Part shown: positions 32,813 through 43,414 of the stretch, piece by piece
Numbering within the stretch: the first letter of the stretch is position 1
Layout of the letters: the number at the start of each line of letters is the position of its first letter
Origin: Candidatus Eiseniibacteriota bacterium
GTDB taxonomy: Bacteria; Eisenbacteria; RBG-16-71-46
NCBI GenBank assembly: GCA_963744995.1
Contig: CAVUWA010000010.1
Span: 224,001 to 288,000 of the forward strand
DNA length: 64,000 nucleotides
Reading direction: 5' to 3'
The notes under the pieces: model-generated
Told to the model about the DNA's origin: nothing
What the model saw: the letters and a program-made list of their open reading frames with translations, nothing else
Databases searched by the model: none
Translations under genes and position numbers: made by a program

Positions 32813-34322
32813 GTGACCCCTTCACCGCGCTCCGGCATTCCACCGCTGCTGCACCTCGATCGGCAGGGCAGCGGTTCCGCTGTTCCGCCAGATCGACGCG
32901 CAGCTGCGGCAGTCCATTCGCGCCGGACGGTTGAAGGGCGGGGCGCGGCTGCCCTCGACGCGCGCCCTCGCGGCGGACCTCGGCGTCTCGCGCAACACGG
33001 TGCGCCAGGCTTTCGAACAGCTGCTGGCCGAGGGCTTTCTGGAATCCACCGTGGGCGCGGGAACCCGCGTGGCCCATGCGGCCCGGCCCACGGGGGGCGC
33101 GGTGGTCACGCACGGCCGCCGTCGCACGCCGCGTCCTGCGCTGCTCGGGCGGCTGGCCCGCATCCGCGTTCCCAGGCCCTCCCCCGGCGTGCCGAAGCAG
33201 CAGGCGGCGTTCCGGGTCGGGCTGCCCGCGCTCGATCGCTTCCCGGTCGAGACGTGGGCGCGTCTCGCTGGGCGGCGCTGGCGCCGGATCACCACGACGC
33301 AGCTCGGCTACGGCGACGAGCGCGGCGAACGTCCGCTGCGCGAGGCTCTCGCACGCCACATCGGCGCGACCCGTGGCGTCGCATGCGATCCGGACCAGGT
33401 GCTCGTGGTCAACGGTTCGCAGGGCGCCCTGGACCTGGCCGCGCGTGTGCTGATCGAGCCGGGCGACGCGGTGTGGGTCGAGGAGCCGGGCTACTTCGGC
33501 GCGCGCGGCCCCGCGGTGGCCGCCGGCGCGCGCATCGTCCCGATCCCGGTCGACGCGGAAGGCATGCACGTCGCGCTGGGCCGCCGGCGTGCACCCCGTG
33601 CCCGCGTCGCGTTCGTTACCCCGTCGCATCAGTTTCCGACCGGGGCGACGCTCAGCCTCGCGCGTCGCGCCGAGCTGCTGGAGTGGGCACGCCGGGCACG
33701 GGCGTGGATCGTCGAAGACGACTACGACAGCGAGTTCCGCTACGACGCCCGCCCGCTCACCGCGCTGCAGGGCCTCGACGGCGGCGAGGCGGTGATCTAC
33801 GCCGGCACGCTGAGCAAGACGCTGTGCCCGGGCCTGCGGCTCGGCTATCTGGTGCTGCCCCCCGCGCTGGTCGAGCCGTTCGTGTGCATGCGGCGCTTCA
33901 TCGACTCCCATCCGCCGACGCTGCACCAGCTGGTCGCCTCGGACTTCATCGCGCACGGACACTACGCGCGGCACCTGCGCCGCATGCGGGCGCTCTACCG
34001 CGAGCGACAGGACGCGCTGGTGCGCGAGATCGAGTCCCGCGCCCGCGGGCGGCTCACCGTTCAGCCGTCGGATGCCGGGATGCATCTGGTGGCGTGGCTG
34101 CCGCGCGGGACGTCGGAGCGTCGCGTCGTGGATGCCGCGGTGCGCGAAGGCATTCACGTGCTCGGGCTCTCGGAGTTTCGCGTGGCCCGTGGCGGGCCAC
34201 CGGGCCTGGTGCTCGGTTACGGCGGCGTCCCGGCGCGCCACGTGCGCGACCCGGTCAACGCGCTCGTGCGCGCACTGGAGCGGGCCGGAGTGCGCGCCCG
34301 CGGCCCGGGCGCAGGCCCTTGA
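32813..34322 (+). CDS. MocR/GabR-family PLP-dependent transcriptional regulator (apparent frameshift near 32873)
   Basis: PLFRQI..QLR (other frame), LPSTRALA..LGVSRNTV wHTH, TPSHQFPTG, EDDYDSEFRY and GTLSK..PGLRLG motifs. Confidence 0.9.
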
Positions 34323-35396
<1,074 letters not shown>

Positions 35397-35724
35397 TCGG
35401 TCGGAGAAGCCGCATCGGGCCGCGGCGAAGGTGCACGCAGGCTTGAGCGTTCTTTTTCGCAGCCGCTCGATCCGGCATGCGATTCTTCTCTTGACACATC
35501 TCCACGATGCGCTTCGCCCAGTCCGGCGCCCGGTCACGTCCGGCGCGTCATCGCGCGCGGTATGCCCCGTGCGCGCGCCGCGCATCCGTGTTCGAGTTTC
35601 GCGCGGCCCCGCCGGGAGATCTGCGTACTGCAGCGATCTGCGGGCGTCGAAAACCCGTGTGATATGAAAGACATGCGCTTCGCGCAGAGCGTCCCCGCGC
35701 CATCCGCCCCCGCGGAGTGAAGTC

Positions 35725-36939
35725 ATGCGTGCGCGTTCGTTGTCTCATCTCAGCAATCGGGACCTGCTCACCCGTCTCTCCGAACTCCTCGCCCGCGAGC
35801 GAGAGATCACGGCCGAGCTGATCCTGCATCTCGCCGAAGTCTTCCGTCGGCGGCTTTACGTGGCCGAGGGCTATCCGTCCATGCACGCCTACTGCGTCGG
35901 GGCGCTCGGCATGTCCGAGGACAGCGCCGGCAAGCGCATCCGCGTCGTGCGCATGGCCCGCCGCTTCCCGGTGATCCTGGAGATGATCGCCGACGGCCGG
36001 CTGCACCTGAGCGCCGTGTGCCTGCTGGCGCCGCATCTGAAGCACGAGAACGCGGCCGACCTGCTGGAGGCCGCCACGCGCAGGACCAAGCGCCAGATCG
36101 AGCAGCTCCTGGCCGAGCGCTTCCCGCAGGACGACGTGCCGGCGCTGGTGCAGCCCATCGGGTCGACTCCAGGCCCGGCCGGGCCCGAAAAATCCGTCCC
36201 GGGACGGATTTCGAACTCGAGCGTTGACGACGAGTCACCGAACGGGGGCACCTGTACGAGTGCCGCACCCCTGGACGCCCCGGCGACCGGCGAAGACGTC
36301 CAATGCATCGCGCCGCAGGCGAATGCGGCGCCCGGGTCGGCTGAGACACAGATGTCAAAATCCGTCCCGGGACGGATTTTGCCGCCCGCGCCCGCACCCC
36401 GGCCGCGGCTCACGCCGCTGGCGCCGCAGCGCTTCGCGATTCAGTTCACGATGGACCAGGCGATGCACGATGATCTGATTCGTGCGCAGCAGCTGCTGGG
36501 TCATGCCGTGGCGCCGGGCGAGATCACCGAAGTCTTCCGGCGCGCGCTGCGTGAGCTGGTGACGAAGCTCGATAAGCAGAAGTGCGCTGCGCTGAAGCAG
36601 CCGAAGGCCGGGCCCGACGCTCGAAACGGCAAGAAAACCCGGCCTTCGGCCGGCAACCCGCGTCGCATACCCGCCGGGATCAGACGCGCAGTCTGGCTCC
36701 GTGACCAGCGCCGCTGCACGTTCGTGAGCGGCACAGGCCATCGCTGCGAATCACGCGAAGCGCTTGAAATCGATCACGTCGTGCCGGTCTCCAAAGGCGG
36801 CAAGCCCACGCTCGAGAATCTCCGGCTGCTCTGCCCGGCGCACAATCAGTACGAAGCCAACCAGGTCTTCGGCGAAGGCTTCATGCACCGAATTCGGGAG
36901 CGGGCCCGGCAGACGCAGAGCTGCACGGCTCCGGGGTGA
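35725..36939 (+). CDS. HNH endonuclease with N-terminal helical (DUF222-like) domain and variable linker
   Basis: RRAVWLRDQRRC...C...EIDHVVP...GG...NLRLLCPAHN; N-terminus LHLAEV..RRLY...GYPSMHAYC. Confidence 0.88.
   Translation: MRARSLSHLSNRDLLTRLSELLAREREITAELILHLAEVFRRRLYVAEGYPSMHAYCVGALGMSEDSAGKRIRVVRMARRFPVILEMIADGRLHLSAVCLLAPHLKHENAADLLEAATRRTKRQIEQLLAERFPQDDVPALVQPIGSTPGPAGPEKSVPGRISNSSVDDESPNGGTCTSAAPLDAPATGEDVQCIAPQANAAPGSAETQMSKSVPGRILPPAPAPRPRLTPLAPQRFAIQFTMDQAMHDDLIRAQQLLGHAVAPGEITEVFRRALRELVTKLDKQKCAALKQPKAGPDARNGKKTRPSAGNPRRIPAGIRRAVWLRDQRRCTFVSGTGHRCESREALEIDHVVPVSKGGKPTLENLRLLCPAHNQYEANQVFGEGFMHRIRERARQTQSCTAPG
36190..36211. repeat. 22-bp palindrome, copy 2 (in-frame, encodes KSVPGRI)
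   Basis: Read directly; 25 bp identical to 16075-16099. Confidence 0.95.
36356..36381. repeat. 26-bp palindrome CAAAATCCGTCCCGGGACGGATTTTG, copy 3 (in-frame, encodes KSVPGRI)
   Basis: Read directly; centre is 168 bp from copy 2. Confidence 0.95.
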
Positions 36940-37013
36940 AGCCTGCAGCTGCTTCGGCGCACGGCCCATTCAGATGCGGCCCGGCGACAAACCCGGGCGC
37001 CGGCATCGCGCCT

Positions 37014-38411
37014 TCAGTGCGCCGTGGCGTCGCGGAACACGCGCAGCACCGTGAGCGCCATGATCTTGAGGTCGAAGAACAGCGACCAGTGCCGGATGTA
37101 ATAGAGGTCGTACTCGATGCGCGCATCGAGCGGCGTGTCGCCGCGCAGGCCGTTGACCTGCGCCCAGCCGGTGATCCCCGACTTCACGTGGTGACGGAGC
37201 ATGTAGCGTGGGATCGAAGCTCTGAAACGATCCACGTACATCGGTCGCTCGGGGCGCGGGCCGACGAGGCTCATGTGGCCGAGCAGCACGTTCCAGAACT
37301 GGGGCAGCTCGTCGAGCGAGAGCTTGCGGAGGAACACCCCGGCGCCGGTGCGCCGCGGGTCGCCGGGCGTCGTCCAGCCTTCGCCCTGCGCCTCGGCATC
37401 CATCCGCATGGTCCGGAACTTGATCATGCGAAATCTGCGGCCGTTGAGGCCGACCCGCTCCTGCGAGTAAAACACCGGCCCCGGCGAGTCGAGCTTCACC
37501 CACATGGCGATCAGCAGCATGAGGGGCCACAGCACGAGCAGGGCCACGGCGGAGAAGCCCATGTCCAGCGTGCGTTTGATCACTGCGTTCCAGCCCTGCC
37601 ACGGGCTCTCGGTGACCAGCACGATCGGCTTGCCGTCGAAGTCCTCGATGCTCGCGTTGATCGTGAACGCGCGGGACAGATCCGGCACCAGCCGCACCGC
37701 CGCCGTGGAGTCCGACATGCGCGCCAGGGTCTCCTCCTCGGCGGCGAACTCGGCGCGATCGAAGGCGAGATACAGCAGGTCCACGCCCTGCGACTCCATG
37801 AGCCCGGGCAGCTCCGCGACCGCGCCGACCACCGGCAGGCCATCGAGCTCGGTGGGCGCCCCCTCGGCCGTGCTCGCCAGCACACCGACGGTCACCAGCC
37901 CGTAGTCCGGGTGTTCCGCGATTTTCGCGATCAGCTCGCGCGCGTTCCCGCCGGTGCCCGCGACCAGCACCCGGCGCTGGTTGTAGCCGCGCGCGCGCAG
38001 CGCCCGCAGCGCGTGGCGCACGACGATGCGGCTGGCAATCAGCGCGAACCCGCACAATGTCGCGAAGATGAGCAGCACCGAACGCGACAGTTCGCCGCGG
38101 GTGAAGAACGAGGCCAGCGCCGCGACCGCGGTGACCGTGGCCACGCCCTGCACGATCGCGTAGACCTCCTGCGAGAGGCGCGCGGTGCGGGCCGAGCGAT
38201 AGATGCGGAAGGTGCGCAGCACCAGCAGCGACACCAGCGTGACGATCGCGCCGACCCACAGGTAGAAGCCGAGCGGCGGGATTCCCAGCGGCGCGGCGAG
38301 GCCGAGCCCGTAGAAGCGCAGGAAGTACGCCCCGACCCAGGCGGCCGCGATCAGCAGCCCGTCCGTGACGAAGATCGCGCTGGAGAAGAGCTGTCGGTGA
38401 CGAGCGAGCAT
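37014..38411 (-). CDS. undecaprenyl-phosphate glucose phosphotransferase (WcaJ-like)
   Basis: KRTLD, KFRTM, SLDELPQFWNVL.GHMSLVGPRPER and GITGWAQVNG motifs. Confidence 0.92.
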   Translation of the reverse strand: MLARHRQLFSSAIFVTDGLLIAAAWVGAYFLRFYGLGLAAPLGIPPLGFYLWVGAIVTLVSLLVLRTFRIYRSARTARLSQEVYAIVQGVATVTAVAALASFFTRGELSRSVLLIFATLCGFALIASRIVVRHALRALRARGYNQRRVLVAGTGGNARELIAKIAEHPDYGLVTVGVLASTAEGAPTELDGLPVVGAVAELPGLMESQGVDLLYLAFDRAEFAAEEETLARMSDSTAAVRLVPDLSRAFTINASIEDFDGKPIVLVTESPWQGWNAVIKRTLDMGFSAVALLVLWPLMLLIAMWVKLDSPGPVFYSQERVGLNGRRFRMIKFRTMRMDAEAQGEGWTTPGDPRRTGAGVFLRKLSLDELPQFWNVLLGHMSLVGPRPERPMYVDRFRASIPRYMLRHHVKSGITGWAQVNGLRGDTPLDARIEYDLYYIRHWSLFFDLKIMALTVLRVFRDATAH

Positions 38412-38488
38412 GAAGGCTTTCCATGGGCGGCGGGTCCGGGCGCTGCGCGTGTGGCGTGGAAGCCGAAACGCGGCTAGGGTCTGCCGCC

Positions 38489-39538
38489 ATGACGCTTCCG
38501 GCGGGGAAAGATACTAGAACGCCATCCGGGGACCAACGTGCCGGGGCGCCCCTGTTCTCGGTCGTCGTGCCGAGCCGCGGTGATCCGGCGAAGCTCGGGG
38601 CGCTGCTGAACGCGCTCGAGGCCCAGACGTTTCCCGCCGCCCGCCGCGAGATTTTGATCGTGCTCGACGGGGCCGAGGCGCCGCCGGACCTCGCGACGCG
38701 CGCCGCCCGTGCCGCCGCGCGGATCCTGACGCTGGATCCGCGCGGCGGACCCGGGGCGGCACGCAATCATGGCGCCGCCGAGGCACGCGGCACCTGGCTC
38801 GCCTTCACCGAGGACGATGTGACCCCGGCCCCCGACTGGCTCGAGCAGGCGGCGCGGCGGATCGGTCGAGAGCCCCGCCCCGATGTGATCGAAGGCCTGA
38901 CCCAAAAGCCCGGCGGCCGCCGGGTGCATGGGCACGCGGGTGCGAACCCGCTCTACCTGCCGACCAACCTGTTCGTGCGTCGCGAGGTCTTCGAGCGCGC
39001 GGGCGGATACTGCACGGCCTACTTCGACGCCCGCCGCGGGATCTACTTCCGTGAAGACGCCGACCTCGGCTTCACGCTCGAAGCGCAGGGTGCGCGTGTC
39101 GCGGTCGAGCCCGCGGCGCGCGTGACGCACCCGCACGAGCACCCCGGTTTCTGGGACCCGGTGCGCTGGGCGCGGCGCTACCGGATGGACGCGCTGCTCG
39201 AAGCGCGACACCCGATGCGCTTCCGCGAGCGCATCGAGGCGCACCGGCTCGGGCCGTTTACGATCCGGCGTCCGATCGTGCGCGCCTCTTTCCTGTACGT
39301 GCTGGCCCTGTTCCTCGCGGCGACGACGTGGGCGGCGGGACTCACCGGGACGGCGGCGTGGTTCGCGGGCGTTGCTGCGCTCGCGCTGCTCGTGGTGTGG
39401 GCGAAGTGGCGCTTCGATCCGCGGCGCCTGCCGGTGTGCGTGCTGGTGCCGGTGGTGCTGGTCGGGTCGTACGTCGGGGGCCGGCTGCAGCTCGCCGAGC
39501 TTCTCGGGCGCTGCCGGGCGGGCCGCCGCCCCGGTTGA
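38489..39538 (+). CDS. GT2 glycosyltransferase with C-terminal TM helices
   Basis: FSVVVP, GPGAARN.G, AFTEDD and EDADL motifs. Confidence 0.82.
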   Translation: MTLPAGKDTRTPSGDQRAGAPLFSVVVPSRGDPAKLGALLNALEAQTFPAARREILIVLDGAEAPPDLATRAARAAARILTLDPRGGPGAARNHGAAEARGTWLAFTEDDVTPAPDWLEQAARRIGREPRPDVIEGLTQKPGGRRVHGHAGANPLYLPTNLFVRREVFERAGGYCTAYFDARRGIYFREDADLGFTLEAQGARVAVEPAARVTHPHEHPGFWDPVRWARRYRMDALLEARHPMRFRERIEAHRLGPFTIRRPIVRASFLYVLALFLAATTWAAGLTGTAAWFAGVAALALLVVWAKWRFDPRRLPVCVLVPVVLVGSYVGGRLQLAELLGRCRAGRRPG

Positions 39539-39551
39539 GTGCCCGGACGCG

Positions 39552-40742
39552 TCAGCTTCCGGCGGCGGGCGCCTCGCGAACGCTCCCGGCCACCCGCTCC
39601 AGCCGGGCGCGGAGATTCTCCCAGCTGAAGGCGCCGCGGACGTACTCGCGCGCCCGCTCGACTCTCTCGAGTTCGTCCACGGGATTCGTCAGCGCAGCGA
39701 CGGCGTGCGCGGCCAGGTCGTGCGGCGTATCGGCGATGCGCACGTGCTGCGCCGTCGCGGCAATGCCGGCGGCCACCCCGCTCGTGGTGACGGTGGGAAC
39801 GCCTGCCGCCATCGCTTCGATGACCTTGTTCTGGATCCCGGTGGAGAAGCGCAGCGGCGCCACCATCACCGCGACCTCGTTCCAGGTGTCGAGCAGATCC
39901 GGGACGGCGCCGGGCACCGTGACCCCCGGCAGCGCGCCCAGCGCGAGCACGTCCGGGCGCGGATCCGCGCCGCCGAGGATCAGGCGGCTATCCGGCACCG
40001 CCGACAGGATCCGCGGCCAGATCTCGCGCGCCAGGTAGTTTGCCGCGTCGACGTTGTGCGGGACGCTCAGATTGCCCAGGAAATAGACCTGCCGCGAGGT
40101 ACGGGCGCGGAGCGGAATCTCGAAAAGGCGGCCGTCGACCCCGTGCGGCACCGTCACCACCCGCTCCGCGCCGCCTCGCACGAGGGCCTCGCGGTCGACT
40201 TCGGACAGGACCCACGTTTCTTCGAACGCCTTCGACATCGCGCTCTCGTACCGGCTCATGCGGCGCATCTCCCACGCGATGCCGGGCCCCTTCCAGGGCG
40301 GCTCGTAGGTCATCGAGCGCTTCAGAGCCAGCGCCAGCGAGTCGGCGAGAAACAGCACGCGCGGAGTCCCGCGATGCCCGGCGACGTAGGGCGCCATCCG
40401 GATCAGCTGCGCGAAGGCGGCGTCGAAACCCTCACCGAGCAGGCGCTCGACCGCGCGCTGCATCGCTCCAGACCGGTAGTAGGCGACCTGTGACGGAATC
40501 GTGGAGGCCAGCCCCGCCCACGCCTGCAGCCAGGAGCGGCGCCTCGACAGATGAACGGTCTCCACCCGCGCACACAGCTCGCCGATCGCTTCCGCGGCTT
40601 CCGGCGGTTCCGTGCCGTCGACGAACGACAGCAGCGTGACGTCGTGATGGCGCGAGAACGTCCGCAGCAGATGATAGGCGCTCAACCGGTCACCACGATG
40701 GGGCGGATACGGAAACCGTGCGCAGAGAAACAGGATCTTCAT
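39552..40742 (-). CDS. GT4 glycosyltransferase
   Basis: FPYPPHRGDR, NVDAA and PLRFSTGIQNKVIEAMAAG motifs. Confidence 0.87.
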   Translation of the reverse strand: MKILFLCARFPYPPHRGDRLSAYHLLRTFSRHHDVTLLSFVDGTEPPEAAEAIGELCARVETVHLSRRRSWLQAWAGLASTIPSQVAYYRSGAMQRAVERLLGEGFDAAFAQLIRMAPYVAGHRGTPRVLFLADSLALALKRSMTYEPPWKGPGIAWEMRRMSRYESAMSKAFEETWVLSEVDREALVRGGAERVVTVPHGVDGRLFEIPLRARTSRQVYFLGNLSVPHNVDAANYLAREIWPRILSAVPDSRLILGGADPRPDVLALGALPGVTVPGAVPDLLDTWNEVAVMVAPLRFSTGIQNKVIEAMAAGVPTVTTSGVAAGIAATAQHVRIADTPHDLAAHAVAALTNPVDELERVERAREYVRGAFSWENLRARLERVAGSVREAPAAGS

Positions 40743-40869
40743 GCTGTCGCTTGACCCGGTGCGGGTCCGATGGTCCGGATTTCGCAGGAAGACCAGCACA
40801 GCGCAAACCGCTCGCGCACCTGAGCCCCTTCGATGACGTGGGACGCCCGCGGCCGTCCGCTCGCCCGGC

Positions 40870-42285
40870 TCATCCGGAGACGGAAGCAGGGGCGACTTCG
40901 CCCTCGCGGGTTGCCGGGTGGCGCGACCGCCACGTGATCCGCACCCGGTCGGGCCGTCGCATCGCGTGGGCGACGCCCCAGATCAGGGCCATGGTGATCG
41001 TTCCGTTCACCAGGACGAGGCTGAAGTTCGTGAGGCCGACGACCGCCATGTGAATGGTCGTGGCGGCCGCAGCGGCGCCCCATGCGGCACGGACACCCGT
41101 GAAACGCCTGGCCTGACGCGTGCCTTCGCGGATCGAGATCCAGAGCAACGTCAGCAGCGCCACGAGCCCGAAGACGCCCAGCTTCAACCAAGCCCAGAGG
41201 TACGTCTGATGGACGTACCACTGTGAGGTGACCGTCGAGAAGATCGGCTCACGTACATGCAGGGTGTACCCGAGCCCGTAGCCGAGCCAGGGCGCGGCGC
41301 CGATGCGTTGAATCGCTCCCCAATACTCGATGAGCCGGGCGACGTTGGAGGCCGTCTCGGTCGACTGTTGCGTCCCCACGCTGGAAGCCAGCCGCGTGCC
41401 GAGGAGCGTGGCGGGGTTCGTCCAGCCGAACGCGAATCCAGCGACAATGATCCCCACGACGACCACCGCGCCGATCAGGAGGAACATGCGGGCGAGCCGG
41501 ATCCAGCGCCGGCGCGCATCGCTCCTGCCCGCTGCGTAGACGATGCACGAATACGGGATGGCGATCAGCAGCCCGAGCCAGTAGCCACGCGTGAAGGAGA
41601 TCAACTGATGCACCATGCACATGCTGAACAGGAGAATCAGCGGAAGGTTCCAGCGCTTGCGGGAGTCGTACAGGATCAGATTCAGGAGGAGCAGGCCGAA
41701 GATCGCCGTGAACGGCGTGAAGAAGACGCCGCCGGTGCGGACCCGGAAGAGCGCGTAGGACATCACGCCCATCGCCGTCTGCCCGACGGCGGTCAGCGAC
41801 AGCAGGACCATCGTCCAGCGCAGCGCCCGCGCCTCGACACGCATCCCGCCGAGGACGACCCCGAGGGCCAGCGCGGACAGCGGCAGGACCTCGAGCCCCA
41901 TGTAGCGGAGCGAATTCCCGACCAGGATGCCGTGCACGACCCCCGTGAACATCATCGCCCCCATGAGGGCGATGCCCCAGGTCAGTGGAGAAACGGGCAG
42001 CGCCCAGCGCTGGGTGAGCGCCAGGAGGAGCATGCCGGCGAGTCCGCACAGCGCCAGGAACACGACGACGGACAGGTCGCGCGTCAGGTGGCCGGCTCCA
42101 TCGTTCACGAAGCTCGCCGCCGCCGCCGCCAGCACGAAGAACAGCATCGGCTCGAACGGGCGCCAGAACAGCAGCAGTCCAACGACGACGGCGCCCACCG
42201 CCACCCACCAGCTGGTCAGTGTCCCGAGGGTCACGGCGACCGCCAGCAGGGCGGCGAACGGGATGGCCCGCGCGAGGGCGCCCAT
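40870..42285 (-). CDS. O-antigen ligase/polymerase (Wzy-like) membrane protein; start uncertain
   Basis: Multiple TM segments; SFTRGYW, R..E, PWLGYGLG and VHQTYL..W.KLG motifs; downstream of wza-wzz. Confidence 0.78.
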   Translation of the reverse strand: MGALARAIPFAALLAVAVTLGTLTSWWVAVGAVVVGLLLFWRPFEPMLFFVLAAAAASFVNDGAGHLTRDLSVVVFLALCGLAGMLLLALTQRWALPVSPLTWGIALMGAMMFTGVVHGILVGNSLRYMGLEVLPLSALALGVVLGGMRVEARALRWTMVLLSLTAVGQTAMGVMSYALFRVRTGGVFFTPFTAIFGLLLLNLILYDSRKRWNLPLILLFSMCMVHQLISFTRGYWLGLLIAIPYSCIVYAAGRSDARRRWIRLARMFLLIGAVVVVGIIVAGFAFGWTNPATLLGTRLASSVGTQQSTETASNVARLIEYWGAIQRIGAAPWLGYGLGYTLHVREPIFSTVTSQWYVHQTYLWAWLKLGVFGLVALLTLLWISIREGTRQARRFTGVRAAWGAAAAATTIHMAVVGLTNFSLVLVNGTITMALIWGVAHAMRRPDRVRITWRSRHPATREGEVAPASVSG

Positions 42286-42349
42286 ACGATCCGCACCCTG
42301 GATCGCCGGGCCGATCAACGGACTCCGCCGGGCGCGCTCAAGGCCCCGC

Positions 42350-43414
42350 CTAGGAGGCCGGGCGCGCGTCCCCGCCATCGCGCATCAGGGCATACGCCAC
42401 GCTGACGGCGAGGGCGAGGATGAACGTCACGATGACCATGAGACCGCGCTTCGGACTCGACCGGCGTTGCGGCGGTACCGCCTCATCGAGCACTTCGACC
42501 GTCGGGATGTCGCGCGCCTCGGTGATTCTCGCCTCCTCGTACTGTCCCGTCAGGAGGATCCACAGCTGCTCCTGCGTCTTCACGTCCCGGAACAGACGGG
42601 CGAGCTCGAGTCCCGTTTCGGGAAGGGCCTGCAGCTGCCGGTCGATCTGCTTCAGACGCTGCATGGTCTGAATCTCCTCGTCGCTTCCTTCCGTGGTGTA
42701 GCCGCGGATCACCCCGAGGCGGACGTTCAGCGCGGCGCGTTCCGCATAGAGCCGCGCCGCGGTCTCGATTGCGCTCGAAGCCTCCGGACTCAGGGCCACG
42801 GCCTTGTTCGCCGCCTGATACTTGGCCAGCCGCTCCTCGGCCTTCGCCAGGCTGTCCCGCGTATCCTGCAGACGGCGCTCGACGAAGATCCGGGTGCGCC
42901 GGCCGCGAGTCATCCGGGAGTCACGATTGAAGCGGTCGAGCAGCTCGACGAACGCGTTGGCCATGTCGGCTGCCATCTTCGGGTCGCTGTCCTCCACGAC
43001 CACCTCGACCAGCCCGGCTTCCGTCAGGTTGAAGTGCGTGTGGCTGCGCAGTTCCTTGATCGCGTCGACCATCATCTTCTGCTTGTAGCGCTTCATCAGG
43101 TCGAACTTCCTGACGATCTCCTCCGCGATGTGGCGGCTGCTCAGGATGGCGACGAACACGTCGGCCGGTGCGGCCTGCGTGGGGACCTTCACGCCCGGGA
43201 CGCCGATGCCTTTCAGCAGGCTGACGATGCCGAGCCCGGACTCCTCCTCGCTCGGCGGCAGCAGCGAACAACGGGCCTCGTACATCTTCGGCAGGAGCAG
43301 AGAGATGCCCGCGACCAGGACGGACGCGGTGAGGGTGAAGATCACGATGAAACGCCGCGCGTTCCAGATCTTCCGCCAGAACAGGGCGAGTTCGACCGTC
43401 CGGATCATCGTCAT
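42350..43414 (-). CDS. Wzz/GNVR-type polysaccharide chain-length determinant
   Basis: Two terminal TM helices, coiled coil and VLDEAVPPQRRSSPKR motif; no kinase domain. Confidence 0.85.
   Translation of the reverse strand: MTMIRTVELALFWRKIWNARRFIVIFTLTASVLVAGISLLLPKMYEARCSLLPPSEEESGLGIVSLLKGIGVPGVKVPTQAAPADVFVAILSSRHIAEEIVRKFDLMKRYKQKMMVDAIKELRSHTHFNLTEAGLVEVVVEDSDPKMAADMANAFVELLDRFNRDSRMTRGRRTRIFVERRLQDTRDSLAKAEERLAKYQAANKAVALSPEASSAIETAARLYAERAALNVRLGVIRGYTTEGSDEEIQTMQRLKQIDRQLQALPETGLELARLFRDVKTQEQLWILLTGQYEEARITEARDIPTVEVLDEAVPPQRRSSPKRGLMVIVTFILALAVSVAYALMRDGGDARPAS

Larger units (their letters stand above)
35409..36980 (+). mobile_element. candidate HNH-carrying element bounded by degenerate inverted repeats (35409-35444 / 36939-36980)
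   Basis: Blocks GCCGCATC, GGGCCG, CG(G/C)CGAAG and GCAGGCTT recur in order in inverted orientation on both sides of the HNH gene; no TSD seen. Confidence 0.4.

Noticed and set aside
36190..36381. CRISPR array interpretation of the repeat-spacer-repeat in the HNH gene
   Set aside because: Only two repeats, a spacer of about 145 bp, in-frame within a CDS, and no cas genes in the window.
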